A stretch of DNA of 63,662 nucleotides, filler included, from Nemertoderma westbladi (GCA_032718475.1; 4 parts of 4 records of this genome joined end to end with filler, not necessarily neighbours in it); one strand, 5' to 3'. Shown: positions 49,818 through 63,283, numbered from the whole stretch's first letter. Notes: generated by a model from the letters alone, not told the origin. A program made the numbers and translations.

Positions 49818-52800
49818 GCATCTAATTACCACAATATTATTTTACAATGGCGTCTAATTACCACAATATACCAGTATACAGAACGCAAGTGTCTATTTAC
49901 CACAAGACTACACTGCATCTAATTACCACAATATTATTTTACATTGGCGTCTAATTACCACAATACTGCAATATACAGAACGCAAGTGTCTATTTACCAC
50001 AAGACTACACTGCATCTAATTACCACAATATTATTTTACATTGGCATCTAATTACCACAATATACAGAACTCAAGTGTCTATTTACCACAAGACTACACT
50101 GCATCTAATTACCACATTATTATTTTACATTGGCATCTAATTACCACAATATACAGAACTCAAGTGTCTATTTACCACAAGACTACACAGCATCTAATTA
50201 CCACAATATTATTTTACATTGGCATCTAATTACCACAATATATAGAACGCAAGTGTCTATTTACCACAAGACTACACTGCATCTAATTACCACAATATTA
50301 TTTTACAATGGTGTCTAATTACCACAATATACAGAACTCAAGTGTCTATTTACCACAAGACTACACTGCATCTAATTACCACAATATTATTTTACATTGG
50401 CATCTAATTACCACAATATACAGAACTCAAGTGACTATTTACCACAAGACTACACTGCATCTAATTACCACAATATTATTTTACATTGGCATCTAATTAC
50501 CACAATATACAGAACTCAAGCAGTCAAGTGTCTATTTACCACAAGACTACACAGCATCTAATTACCACAATATTACTTTACATTGGCATCTAATTACCAC
50601 AATATATAGAACACAAGTGTCTATTTACCACAAGACTACACTGCATCTAATTACCACAATATTATTTTACAATGGTGTCTAATTACCACAATATACAGAA
50701 CTCAAGTGTCTATTTACCACAAGACTACACTGCATCTAATTACCACAATATTATTTTGCATTGGCGTCTAATTACCACAATATACAGAACGCAAGTGTCT
50801 ATTTACCACAAGACTACACTGCATCTAATTACCACAATATACAGAATGAAAGTGTCTAATTACCACAATATACAGTACGGTAGTTATTAATACTCAGTGT
50901 CTAATTACCACAAGACTTCACTAATGTTTAATTACCACAATATACAGTACGGTAGTTAGTAATACTCACACTCAGTGTCTAATTACCACAAGACTTCACT
51001 AACGTCTAATTACCACAATATATACAGAACGCAAGTGTCTAATCACAACATTATTATTTTTTAGGTTTGACAAATATATTGGAATGACAAATGTAAACGC
51101 TCAACCGAAGTACGAATTCATTGATTGTCTCGATTATTTGTACCTTTGTGGCAAATGGGCTTGATAATGGAGCTGATTATTCGTTGATTCGCTACTGATG
51201 ACTAATGAGTATTAAATAATACTCCTAATGAAATTTAACTTACAAAACTAAATGTGATTTATTGTCTTATTTAATATACATGTTGTACAGTATGTCGTTT
51301 ATTTACTGTCATTTACGATTTCATCACGTAAACAAATACACAAATGCTTTTAATAATTTTATGTTTCACTAACTACAATCATCTTTAAACCACCCACCAA
51401 CACTTGATGGGGTGGGCAAATCTGAAATCAGATTTGGAATCAGCATTGTCTAATTTTGTATAATGCATATGTTCAAAGCTTCATCCCATATAGTAAGTAC
51501 TCTTATGGTCGCTGGATGCACATATCTCTGTATCTATCAATCCTTTTAATATGCTTTGAAGTACAGTATGGTATTGTTGTATATCATGCACTATATCATT
51601 TTAAAATTCACATCAGATGAGATTTTTGGATTCTGCCCCTTAAAATCAGACAAAATCAAATTAAACGAACAGTTCCTAGATATAATTAACCAAAAGTTAA
51701 GTTTTGTGGCCAATTATTGATATCGTACCAAATGGCACTTAGGCACAAATTAGTGATGCTTGGGCAAGCATTTCCCAGAATTTTTTTTTACTAAACATAG
51801 CTTTGAATCGTTAGACAATGCTAAAATCGAGATTAACTGAAATAAGATGCAGGGAGGTAGACCTACAAAATGTTAATGCCAATATTTCAATATGCCCTAG
51901 GCGCAAACAATTGAATGATTGATTGATGAGTTATGCCGGGCTTAAGCTTTTGTGTGATATCTCAAGAACTACTAGCTTAGCACTTGTTTTGAAGGTATCT
52001 ACACCCACTAAATCGATGATTGTGGTTCAAATAAGCCTTAAATTAACTCTGTACAACAAATAGAAGCCTTCATATAAGCAAACTCCATTATATTCTGTTT
52101 GCGCGATCAAATGGTGTCCAAACGCTCAACTTCAGGGTGTTTGAGCTACCTCTAAATATATATCATTTGTGCTCAAATTTTACTCAAGGTGTTTTTTTTA
52201 TCAGAAGAAAGGACTTGGGGAGGGTCAGAGGAGAATTTCCACAACTTTTAAATTTTACATTGAAATAAGGACCACCCTACTGACTGACAGACTGAACGAC
52301 CGACTGACCAACTAACCCGCCGACAGACTGACCCACCTATATACTGTAGAACTTATTACTAATTGAAATAAACTGATTTCGTTATGGATATAATATACTG
52401 AAATTTTGCCCCATTAATTGATTTATATAAACTAAGACTATTTTTATTCGGAATTAAATGGTGTTTATACACAATTAATTTATTGGTTGATTTTATTACT
52501 TCAATAAAGTATTTAAACATACAAATTATGTATTTCCTGTGTCTCGTCCATGTCTGGTATCCGTAATTCTTCCTTCACCGTTTTCCAGTATTTCATAGAT
52601 GGGTGGGCCGATTTTATGATAAAGAGTAAAATTTTGCAGAGTAATTAATCACGTCCATTCTGTTGAAATTTGTACAGTATGAGGTTGACATAATTTGACT
52701 CTTCTCGCTGAAACTCTTCCACGAATAATGATGGATTGAAATAATTCTTCTACATATTTGCTACTGTAAATATTGCTTATGATATAAATATCATTCTCCA

Positions 52801-53713
52801 CTGCCAATTGTCATCCTACAGTAAACTGTGCCCACATATCCCAGAGCACAACAGAACCCTTGTCCTTGGATTATATTTACAAGCCCTGCCCAGCTGACTG
52901 ATCAATGCCCATTCAGAAAATATACTGTACTTTATTTGATTTTTTTATTATAATTTTAGCTTTTGCCAACAATTCCATTGACTGTAAATCCTATAGACAT
53001 ATTTTGTATTTTATTTTATTTATTAATGTTTGTGTGTAAAGCATTTGTGTATTTGTTTACGTGATGAAATCGTAATTGACAAGTAAATAAACGACATACT
53101 GCACAACATATTAAATAAGACAATAAATAAGTCGTAAGTTAAATTTCATTAGGAGTATTTTTTAATACTCATTACAGTCATCAGTAGCGAATCATCAAAT
53201 AGTCAGCTCCATTATCAAGCCCATTTGCCACAAAGGTACAAATAATCGAGACACATCAATGAATTTGTACTTCGGTTGAGCGTTTAGATTTGTCATTCCA
53301 ATATATTTGTCAAACCTAAAAAATAACACTGTTGTGATTAGAAACTTGCGTTCTGTATATATTGTGGTAATTAGACATTAGTGAAGTCTTGTGGTAATTA
53401 GACACTGAGTATTAATAACTACCGTACTGTATATTGTAGTAATTAGACACTTCCATTCTGTACATTGTGGTAATTAGATGCAGTGTAGTCTTGTGGTAAA
53501 TAGACACTTGAGTTCTGTATATTGTGGTAATTAGATGCTCAATGTAAAATAATATTGTGGTAATTAGATGCAGTGTAGTCTTGTGGTAAATAGACACTTG
53601 AGTTCTGTATATTGTGGTAATTAGATGCCAATGTAAAATAATATTGTGGTAATTAGATGCAGTGTAGTCTTGTGGTAAATAGACACTTGAGTTCTGTATA
53701 TTGTGGTAATTAG
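49818..53713. mobile_element. Foldback-type element with modular long inverted arms; right arm cut by a gap
   Basis: Left arm: 89-bp tandem units (50041, 50130, 50219, 50308) built from tctaattaccacaa, plus an inner unique domain to about 51365. Mirrored from about 53022 to 53713. Confidence 0.85.
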
Positions 53714-53813
53714 NNNNNNNNNNNNNNNNNNNNNNNNNNNNNNNNNNNNNNNNNNNNTTAATTAATTAANNNNNNNNNNNNNNNNNNNNNNNNNNNNNNN
53801 NNNNNNNNNNNNN
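53714..53813. other. Assembly gap linker
   Basis: N44-TTAATTAATTAA-N44. Confidence 0.98.
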
Positions 53814-56305
53814 CTGTAACTGTACATCTGCCATACCAGTTAGAGGACAGGTTTCCTTTTGTCTAGTTCGTAGGCATTAGACCCGCTTATGTACATACAA
53901 TAGATACTAGGCTCTGCTCCTCGCCAGTAGTCGTTTGTGTATTGTATCTGTTTGTTTAGATACCCTGGACTGGGATTTGTTGTCAGATACTGTACGAGCC
54001 TGTTTCATTACTAGATCTTACAGTAAGATACATAGTTACTAGGATCTGGTAAGCGGTATACTACTGGACTTTACGGTTAGAGATATTCTATAGCTTCGTA
54101 CTAGTAGATTTGTAGGCCGTAGGATAGCCCTTACCGTAGAGGATCTCAAAATGTAATATGCCTATTCATATTGGTACACATAAACCCATAGGTAACTCTA
54201 TTGGCGCAGTGGTCAGATGGTTAAGGCATTGGTTACATTATAGATAGGTTACGAGTTCAAATCCCAGTCGGGAAATTTGCATTTTTGGGCTATTTATTTT
54301 CACTTTGATTTAAGTAGATAAGCCAATGAGGTGCGTACAACATGTGGAACGATGAGTTGGGCCAATCATAGGGCATAGAACATCTTATTGCTCCAATGTG
54401 AGGCCATGGAATGCTCTGGAAGGTTCTAGCGGATGTCCCAGATTTGCTATATAAGGGCTGGTTAGCCTTCGGTTATCATTCATTATCACCTTCTAACATA
54501 CTCACTCTTGTAATATTTTCGTTACATTACATTTAGTATCCCTATACATCATTAGTTGAGATTTGTGTAGATTTGGTTTATAAATCTTTTGTAAATTACG
54601 TAAATATACTGTAAACTTTGAACATGTATATTTCTCTTTGTCCACCACTAGGACAGCCAAGCATTTGGAAGATGGCAGCCTAGACCGTTAGGCCGTCAGC
54701 AACGCAGGGAAGATGTCCACATTAGATTTAGACCGCGCACCCCCTTCGCCCCTTCGTAATACTCCACCTTGCTATGCAGCGCCCGATTCAGCGGAAGGTA
54801 AGACTTCGTTTGACGCCCTTGCCCGCCGTAAGACCTATAGATCAGGGTAAGCGTGACGCCGTCCTGGGACGCCGCAAAATTTAGGATCAAATAGCTCAGA
54901 TTCAGCCAGGAACCTGTACTACAAGTCCCCGGATTAACCTGTATTCCCTACAGGTGTGAACTATTGCTGTTCGTCAGTAGTACGCAAGTACACATTAGGT
55001 ACAGACAGCATACGTTCCATAATTTAGTGACTTGCGATACTGACTGTTCGGTACCGGTTTCACTTTGCAGTTTATACATTAGCACCCCCCCCCCCCCCTG
55101 CCTGAACCTACGTTATTTGATCAGGCAAGGAGTATTTCTGCTACCGGCACTCGCCTGGCCTAGGGAGGTTTTATTAATATCCTACTGCGCCTTGCCACGT
55201 ACTGATAGGTATTGCTGCTAACCACCGCGGCAACAAAATTCTAGAATCAAATTGTATACCAGATCAGCTAACGTACGGTAGCAATTAACCCCTATTTCTT
55301 ATCTTACAACCAGAATCTGGTATTTGTGCCGATCACGGGTATAGTTATCAACACTGTAATTGCCCGGTTGAGTTGTGGATAGGAAGGAGAGAGCTTTGAT
55401 GTCATTTGTAAGTATTAAGACCTACAGAGTGCGACTAGCTTATTTTCGTAGCTAGCGCACGGTATTGTTGATGATATTGTTGGTGAAAATCACTAAAACC
55501 TAGTACAATGGAGTACTCCAAAATTGTTTTATTCGTAATACACCCACACACACACACGCCCTAAAACATATGCACCTTTAGAGCTCACTAGTTATTATAT
55601 ACCTTAGGTTACTCTAAGGCAGAATCTATATTGTAGTTTACTATTCGTAGTTTGTAAATTTAGGATCTGATATTTAGTTACGGCAAGAAGGAGTATTTAC
55701 TTATTAGACTGTTGTTTTGTCTGAGCAGCAGTATCGTTACTTTAGGTACGACCCCCTTTAGACTGATTTAGTACTGGTCAGTATTGTTACGCTAGTCTGT
55801 TAATCCACTAGCTTGTATATAAACCATATAAATCACACCGCGGCAAGTTTACGGTATTTAGATCCATTAGCGATAGTTAGGATTCGCTGCGCGGGGATTG
55901 TTTCCTCGTGAGTTTTGGTCTGTCACCGTAGACTGTACATCTGCCTCACCGGATAGAGGACAGGCATCCTGTTTTGTCTAGTTTGTCGGGCATTTGACTC
56001 GCTCACCTATTTAGAATAGACACCAGGCTCTGTTCCTCGCCAGTAGTTGTACGCGTATTTGTATCTGTTTATTTAGACACCCTGGACTGGGATTTATTGT
56101 CAGATACTGTACGAAGATACATCGTTACCAGGATCCGGTAAGCGGTATACTACTGGACTTTACAGTAGGGAATATTATATAAGTTAGTGTATAGTATTGT
56201 TTAGATCTGTACGCCCTGTAAAGTGCGTGCACATTTTACAGTAAGGAATATTTTATTTAATATTCACAGATTAGTAAACAGTAAGGTAGACCCTGCCGTA
56301 GAGTA
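53814..56305 (+). repeat. Two diverged copies of a block of about 330 bp (53814-54145 and about 55930-56305)
   Basis: ctgtacatctgcc...agaggacagg...cctcgccagtagt...ccctggactgggattt...ggtaagcggtatactactggactttac in both copies. Confidence 0.9.
54152..54890 (+). promoter_or_regulatory. Putative 5' LTR of the BEL/Pao element
   Basis: Begins TGTAATATG; three CCAAT boxes (about 54323, 54362, 54393) and CTATATAAGG at about 54447. The 3' end and PBS are not resolved and no second LTR lies in the window. Confidence 0.45.
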
Positions 56306-57184
56306 TATATAGGGTAGTATTTGTCTTTTCTGAAAGGCAACATTTGTACATTGCTTCAGTAGGCCTTTAGGGTAGCTAGTAGTATTCGTATTTAATATTT
56401 GACTAGCTAATATTTAGTTTATAGCAATTTGTTTTACGCCGTGTGTGTGCAGTGTTACTTTTCGGTACTTGAAAAGGTACATAGGGTTTAAAGACCAAGT
56501 TGTATCGGTACCTAGGAAGATTTTTTGTAGAGTAGAAGTAAAACTCTCACCTTCGACTTTTCAGGACGCAAGGACTCATTTCTGGACCACTTCGAGGGAT
56601 TAGACTGCTTTTCGCAAAGTTTGGGAGACACAAAATTCGTCCGCGACGCCGAAAACGGAACGACCCACGTCCGGTTTGTATTTGGGAATTTGCACGACTG
56701 GTAGATCAAAGGAGCGTAAGTTTTCGACTCGTGTCGTTCAAACTTAAGAGCACAGTAGTACTCAAAATTTTTGGGTTCCACTTTCTAATTAGTAGTGTTG
56801 TTGGTACTTATTTCCCGTTAGACGTTGCTGTTTTGCCTATTATTTGTACTTGTTAATCTACATTTTGGTAGCGTATACCGTTATCTCACTTATTCGTACA
56901 AATTTAGCCTGTAGGCTAGATTATTACATATTTTATTATATACTTTGAGTTTATTTGTACCGGTTAGGGGTTATGGTATATATATGGTATATATATATAC
57001 TAAGGTAAGTTTGACATTTCGACATTCTGACATTTTGACATTCTGTTGATTTTATTTGTACCGGTTAGGGTATATATATGGTATATATATATACTAAGGT
57101 AAGTTCGACATTTCGACATGTTGACATTTCGACATTCTGATACTTTGACATTTTATTACCCGTACTTGACATATATAATAAGAC

Positions 57185-60100
57185 ATGAGTGATATACCAC
57201 ATTTGACTCGATACCCACCTACTGACTATGACTCATGCGATCCGGACAGATCGACAGTAGACGAACAGAGAAGGAGAACCCGAGATTCTACCTATGTCAC
57301 AACGCGTGCGTTGCCGGTACCCCGAACGGAAATACCGAAAGCCGCAACGCGTGGCGACAGTGGAATCGAAGATTTCCTTACCGTCCCGCAGACCAGATCG
57401 CGGGAACCAGACATGGTAAGCTTGGCGGGAAGCCAAGAAAATGTTATTAGGAGTATAGCAGGACACATGGCCCAGATAACTCAAAACTTCGGAGAAGGTT
57501 TTCGCGTTTTACGCGAGTTAACCGCCCCGATGTCGAGATACGAGTTCTATACCTTACAGGTATGGATAGAAAGTAGGGTACATGTTTCCATTGACAAACT
57601 TAATGGTTTACACGAACTTGCAGAGTTGCGTGGCGACAACTTTACTCAGGTAAAGATAATAGATAAGTTGGTAAGTGCGAGGGAAAGCCTCATCCAGTTG
57701 AAGTCAGTAATAAGATTGGCTCAACAGGAGCAGTTCGACCAACTGCTAGGTGAGTCAGTTTCGGACGCGTAGTTGCAACCCGAAGAGAAAGAAGAACTCT
57801 ATCGCCTGGACGGGAGGTTAGAGACGCTCACCAATTTTCTTCGTAGATACGTCGTACCGATCGAAGAACCGGAAGGGGCGACAGAAGTTCTAACTACGGG
57901 AGGCTTGCGAGCCTACCAAATTCCACAATTGGATAGATCGTTCGTTAGTGTACAGAGATGTTGGCGACGTTAGTAAGATGGCGTCTGTAATTACTCGACA
58001 ACAACAGGAGGTCGCTCGCCGACAACAAGTCACCGAGGAAGAAGCGCAACGGCAGATGGCACAGATTGTCATCGAGGGAGAGAAACAACGCAGAGAAGAC
58101 GAGGCGAGAATTGCGAAACTCAAGGCTCAAGCCGAATTCGAAGCCTCAGAAATGCGGAGACTGGAGGAGGACTTGGCGCAAGAAGCAACCGCGGCAGCTG
58201 CAGCCGACGAGTTAGCACGAGTTGCGGTGGTAAACGCAGCTGATTTAGCACGGAAGAAGGCAGCATCTGACGCTCGTGCCAAGTTGGAAGCACGACAAAT
58301 AAACGCTCATCATGCTATACAGGAAGCGGAGCGAGCAGTGCAACAACAGGTAGCCGATCGACATGAAAGGGTGATGCGGCTCCAATTCAAACTAGATCGC
58401 AGATCGCGCGAGGCAGCGAAGGCGCAAGAAGACCTCGAACTCGACGCGAGAGACAGATCTATAAGGTCTCAAGCTAGACATGACTTGTCTGCACTGGACC
58501 GCATGGAGACTCGATATCGCGGGATTCAAAGGCGAATCAAGGAAGGAAGTGTGGTAGCGATAAATCGAGGAGAGGAGTTCGTCGAGGATTACTGTAAACG
58601 TTTTCCCCAAGTGATTCCTATGCTCAAACCCACAACTCCGATAAAACCAGTTTTAGTTACCTGTTATCACCTGTTCGCGCAATGCAAGGTAACAGGTTTG
58701 TTGTGACAGAAATATCGCAACCTAGAGCAACATCATCACCGATTTTAGCAGTTAAAGTAAGGTCTACAGTAAGGTCTACTTGTAGGAAGAGAGGAACCTG
58801 TATTTATGACAGTTAAGCAGGTAAGTAAGCCATTAGCAGTTAAACCTGTAACGTGCTGCGTGAACCCAGTCATTTACAGACCGACTACGAAACCTGACTG
58901 CTTTATTCGACCATTGACATACTGTGTAACGGGACTTACGACTTCGTGGACGGCTTGCGAGCCTACCGAACGACGAAGAACCGAGGACGCCGAACGAAGA
59001 TGGACGCAACCGACGAGAATAATACGCCGGACGCGAACACGTCAACCACCTTATCCGAACGATAGTGACTCATCTAGCGACTCGACGGAGAGGGAAATAT
59101 TCCGTACTGGAGCGGCGGATGATTACAAACGAGAGGAGAGATCTACGAATCAGTACATCGACAGTCCTCCACGAGAAACACCCGTCCAGAAACCTGTGTT
59201 ACAACCGACTGAGACGATTAGCACTAACAGACTCGCCGAAATAATGCGACCTGTAACGGATCGACTAGCTCAGATAGAAGAGCGACTCGAAGCTCAATCG
59301 TCGGATAGATCACGGACCAGTGTGGAAGTAGAACGACCTAGACAACATCGACCACCAAGGAGAGAACAGGAGCTAGACAAACTCCGAACCATCGAGAAGA
59401 AGATCCCGCTAATATCTCTTACCAACGGACAATGCGCGGAAGGGAACAACTGGACGACGTAACCGAACAGGGACGTGGACAGTTGGATTTAGTTAGCGAG
59501 ATTGCGAAGTTTGCGGCCAGACATGGATTACCGGCACAACAACCACCAAAGTTTTCTGGCAACGCAAAGCACTGGCTGGCGTAACTGCAAAGCACTGGTA
59601 GACTACGTAGAGTCCCAGATCGCTAAGTATGCCTTTACCTCGATGGAGAAGTTTAACTACTTGCTCCAAGTACTGTCTGGTGAGCCAAAACGATTAGTGG
59701 AAACCTTTATTAGAGTTCTGAATACCTTTGAGTTGGTGTACGACCGCTTGTTTTTGATTTACGGTGGCAACGTAGCCATGGCTAAATCTATTATGGAAGA
59801 CCTCTGTAGAGGAGGAAGCATTTCGAAACCGATCGATCTTCTACGAATCGTGGACGAAATGAAGAACGCTATAGGGACTTTACGGTCCATTGGACAACTT
59901 GAGTACACCAACGCACCGACAGTTCTAATTAGGATAATCGGTCGACTCCATCATCGATTACGACGAGAATGGCGACGTGTTGAGTATCAGCGTAAAGAGG
60001 CCGGCGGGCTATTAAAGCTAACCGACGTCTACCAACTGATTTCGCGAGAGGCCGTGGTTGAGACTCGATCAAACTACACTGACCACCATATAGCGGCAGA

Positions 60101-63100
60101 AGTAATAGCTATTGCTGCGCCGAATTGGATCAAACCATTTCCGACGAACGTGAAAGCTGTGACTTATGCCACCCCAACGGAAACTTCTAAAGTTCTGATG
60201 CCTATCGGCACCAAGCAGCCACGACAACAGTTGCCGGCGGATTTTGTGGGATGCTCATATTGCGAACGGAACGGCAGAAACCACAGCGGACATAAACTAC
60301 GTGGATGTCGCGCCTTTAGAGAGTTGGGAATTGAATAAGAAGACTCCAAATTCGATCGTTGGATTCTTGTTGGAGATGTATCAAGCCTGGACACATCCGA
60401 AAGGATTGCCCGAGCGACGATACATGTCCTCTATGTGGACGTAACCACGATGCATTACTCCACACGAATAGTAATACTCCGACCAAACCTTTTCGACAGG
60501 AGCATCCAGATAAACCGGCTAGATGCGACGCACTTTACAAGGAGCGTGCGCCGTGCGAGATTCGAACATTCTATACTGATTGTATGGATCAATCCGGATC
60601 ATCGGAAGAGGACGAGGAGGAAGACGACACCTTTTACGTGCATGCGGGGGAGGAACAACCATTAATAACACTCCTCACACAGAACCAATTGAAAGGGTTT
60701 AGCGTGATTCCTATAAAGATTACCGGAACCCGAGGGAGCAAGCGTATATACGCTATCTTAGACTCTGCGTCATTGCATAATTACGTTGACGAACAAGTAG
60801 CCGACGTTGTTACGGACATGAGTAAAGGTAAGACTGCTCAGTATACTGTAAGCAGCATGCATGGTAACATAGCGATCCCTGTGACAAGAGTAAAACTAAC
60901 CTTAGACACTCTTCTTTCCATAGCGGAACACAGCAAGGAGGAGCGCTCATTACTTCTGGTAAGAAATTTGACCTTTGCAGCTATGAAGGACTTTAGTAAC
61001 TTGCTCGGCCCTGTGCCAGAGCAATCACTGGAAGTTATTCACTGGAATCACTGGAAGAACTTATTCGCCACAAACGACACCAGATTGATCTCCGGATTAT
61101 TCGCCAGATTGTTTTATGGAACTCTCGACAGATTGTCTACCGGATGTCTCGCCAGACTTTCCACCAGACATCTCGACAGACTGTCCACTAGACTTTCGAC
61201 CAGAGATTCTGACAGAAGCTATGCCAGACTTTCTTTGGGACCGACGACAGGACATTTCGCCGGAAGTTCCGCGCTATGCATCACCAGACATCTCACCAGA
61301 CTGTTCACCGGATGCCTCACCAGGCTGTCTACTAGACTTTCCATTAGATGACCCATTGGAAAGAAACGACGTTTACTACAAGGACGCAATGAATCCATTG
61401 GAGCGGACTAGTACACACCCATTAGGTATTGACAACTTATTGAATTTGACTTCTTTGGACGACAAGGGTGTGGCCACAGCGATCACACTCCGCTCAAGGA
61501 AAATACTTGATTTACCATCTACAGGTAAACGTGTGACTACGGTTAGGAAGCTTATGAGCTCACAGGAACACACTAGTACTGTAGAGTTGAAACCGTTACT
61601 GCCAGTCAATTCACTGGGTTCGGATGGTAAAGGTAAGACCGTGGAGATTAAATTACTTGAGGACTCAGACAAACCTATTGCACAAAGGGAGACACCTACT
61701 GGAAGGCCCGTGGGCCTACCAAGTCCAAACAAGTATCCACACGTCGACTATACCTTACCTGATGACGTCACTAACACTTACGTTGACAGGATAGTAAACC
61801 TAACTAGATCATGGACTGACACGTGCCGCAAGTTAGCATGGCTCAAACGTTTGAGACAATATGCCAGAGGCAAACGCGACTTTCCTAGAAGACATACATT
61901 AGAGGAAGTTGGTCTTTGTGAAATTGATATTATTAGACATTATCAATTGCGATATTTCGCACGAGAGTTCACAGCGATCAATCAGGGTAAACAGATCAAG
62001 TCTTCACCGATTTTGAGTTCTTCACCGATAATCTATAGGGGATTACTTTGTCACAAGTCCAGACTCCAAAACATTGACTTTGCACTTGACTTTAGGTATC
62101 CTATCATCATACCGCAACACCTTGAGTTACAGGTGCTATGATACTGGACGCACATGTACGACTCAAACACGTAGGTAGGCATCACTGTCTATCACACTTA
62201 CGCTCGAGGTTTGTACTGATTAGGCCTAGCAAGGCATTGAGTTCGGTAACACGGAACTGTATGATTTGTAAGAAGGTGCACGCGAGGATAGGACACCAAG
62301 AAATGAGTGAACTACCACTAGCAAGATTACAGGCTTTTAGACCCCCTTTCACTGAGACAGGGATAGACTGTTTTGGACCCATAATCTCGAAATGCGGAAG
62401 GGTACAGGTAAAACGCTGGGGATTGCTCTTCACTTGCATGGCCAGCAGAGCTGTCCATATTGAGCGTGTGACAGATTTAACCACCCTCGCCTTTATCCTA
62501 GCCTTACGGAGATTTATCGCTTGACGTGGATTGGTCAAATCCATTCATTGCGACCAAGGGACTAACTTTGTGGGTGCACGGAATGAAATCACCAGAGCTT
62601 TAAAGAAATTGGACCAAAACCAGATTTCCGAGGAACTGCGTCCTCACCATATTGTTTGGAACTTTAACACTTCCGACAGTCTGTGGAGTGGCGGCATTTG
62701 GGAAAGGCTGATTGGCTCAATTAAAACGGCTATGGAAAAAGTAATACCAACGCAACGCATTTTGACAGACAACCAACTGACGACGTTGTTAATAGAAATC
62801 GAAGCAGTTTTGAAGACTAGACCGATCGCTTTGATCCCAGACAACAACGACTCACAGTTTGCCTTGACACCAGCGCACCTGCTTTTGCAGGCGCTGACGA
62901 CATTGTTGCCCACTTCGGTACCTGTCGATAGTGACGGATACGGCAACAAAGCTTGGAAAATCACTCAGTTGTTAGCCAACAAATTCTGGGAAATATGGCA
63001 GAAGCACTATTTGCCCTCTATTTCGACCAGAACCTCTTGGTATCTTAATACCCGATGTTTGAGACGAGGTGACCATGTTTTATTGGCTGAAACCAATCTG

Positions 63101-63283
63101 AAAAGACGGTTTTGGCTGACTGGAGTCATTTTGACCACGCACCCTACATCTGGTGTAGTATGGACAGTTACTGTACGGACTATTGACGGTACTGTAGATA
63201 GGCCTGTACAACGTCTTTTGCTCCTTGAGGAGACTAGAAACGAGACAGGAGACTACAAATCTCCACCCAATCTTAGTAAATAG
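57185..63283 (+). mobile_element. BEL/Pao LTR retrotransposon coding region (Gag, protease, integrase; RT/RNase H absent), several stops and frameshifts
   Basis: Gag EKFNYLLQVLSGEPKRLVE; three knuckles (CSYC..H....C, CWRCIKPGHIRKDC, CPLCGRNHDALLH); protease YAILDSAS; integrase H-x4-H...CMIC, GIDCFGP, IHCDQGTNFVG, GGIWERLIGSIK; BEL C-terminal FWEIWQKHYL...RPVQRLLLL. Confidence 0.9.
62138..63283 (+). pseudogene. BEL/Pao integrase with one in-frame stop (RRFIA*RG)
   Basis: ORFs 62138..62524 and 62531..63283 are in frame; the DDE residues are present. Confidence 0.92.

Noticed and set aside
50041-50890. Repeated MASNYHN ORFs
   Set aside because: By-products of the 89-bp foldback units.
22917-53813. 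TTAATTAATTAA motif recurring three times
   Set aside because: Always centred in identical N44 flanks: an artificial scaffold linker. Adjacency across these gaps is unverified.
54890-54915. PBS for tRNA-Arg (cagccagga)
   Set aside because: Only a partial match, and it lacks the 5' TGG.
57770-57775. Programmed stop read-through in BEL gag
   Set aside because: Context is not CARYYA, and the element has several other stops and frameshifts, consistent with decay.
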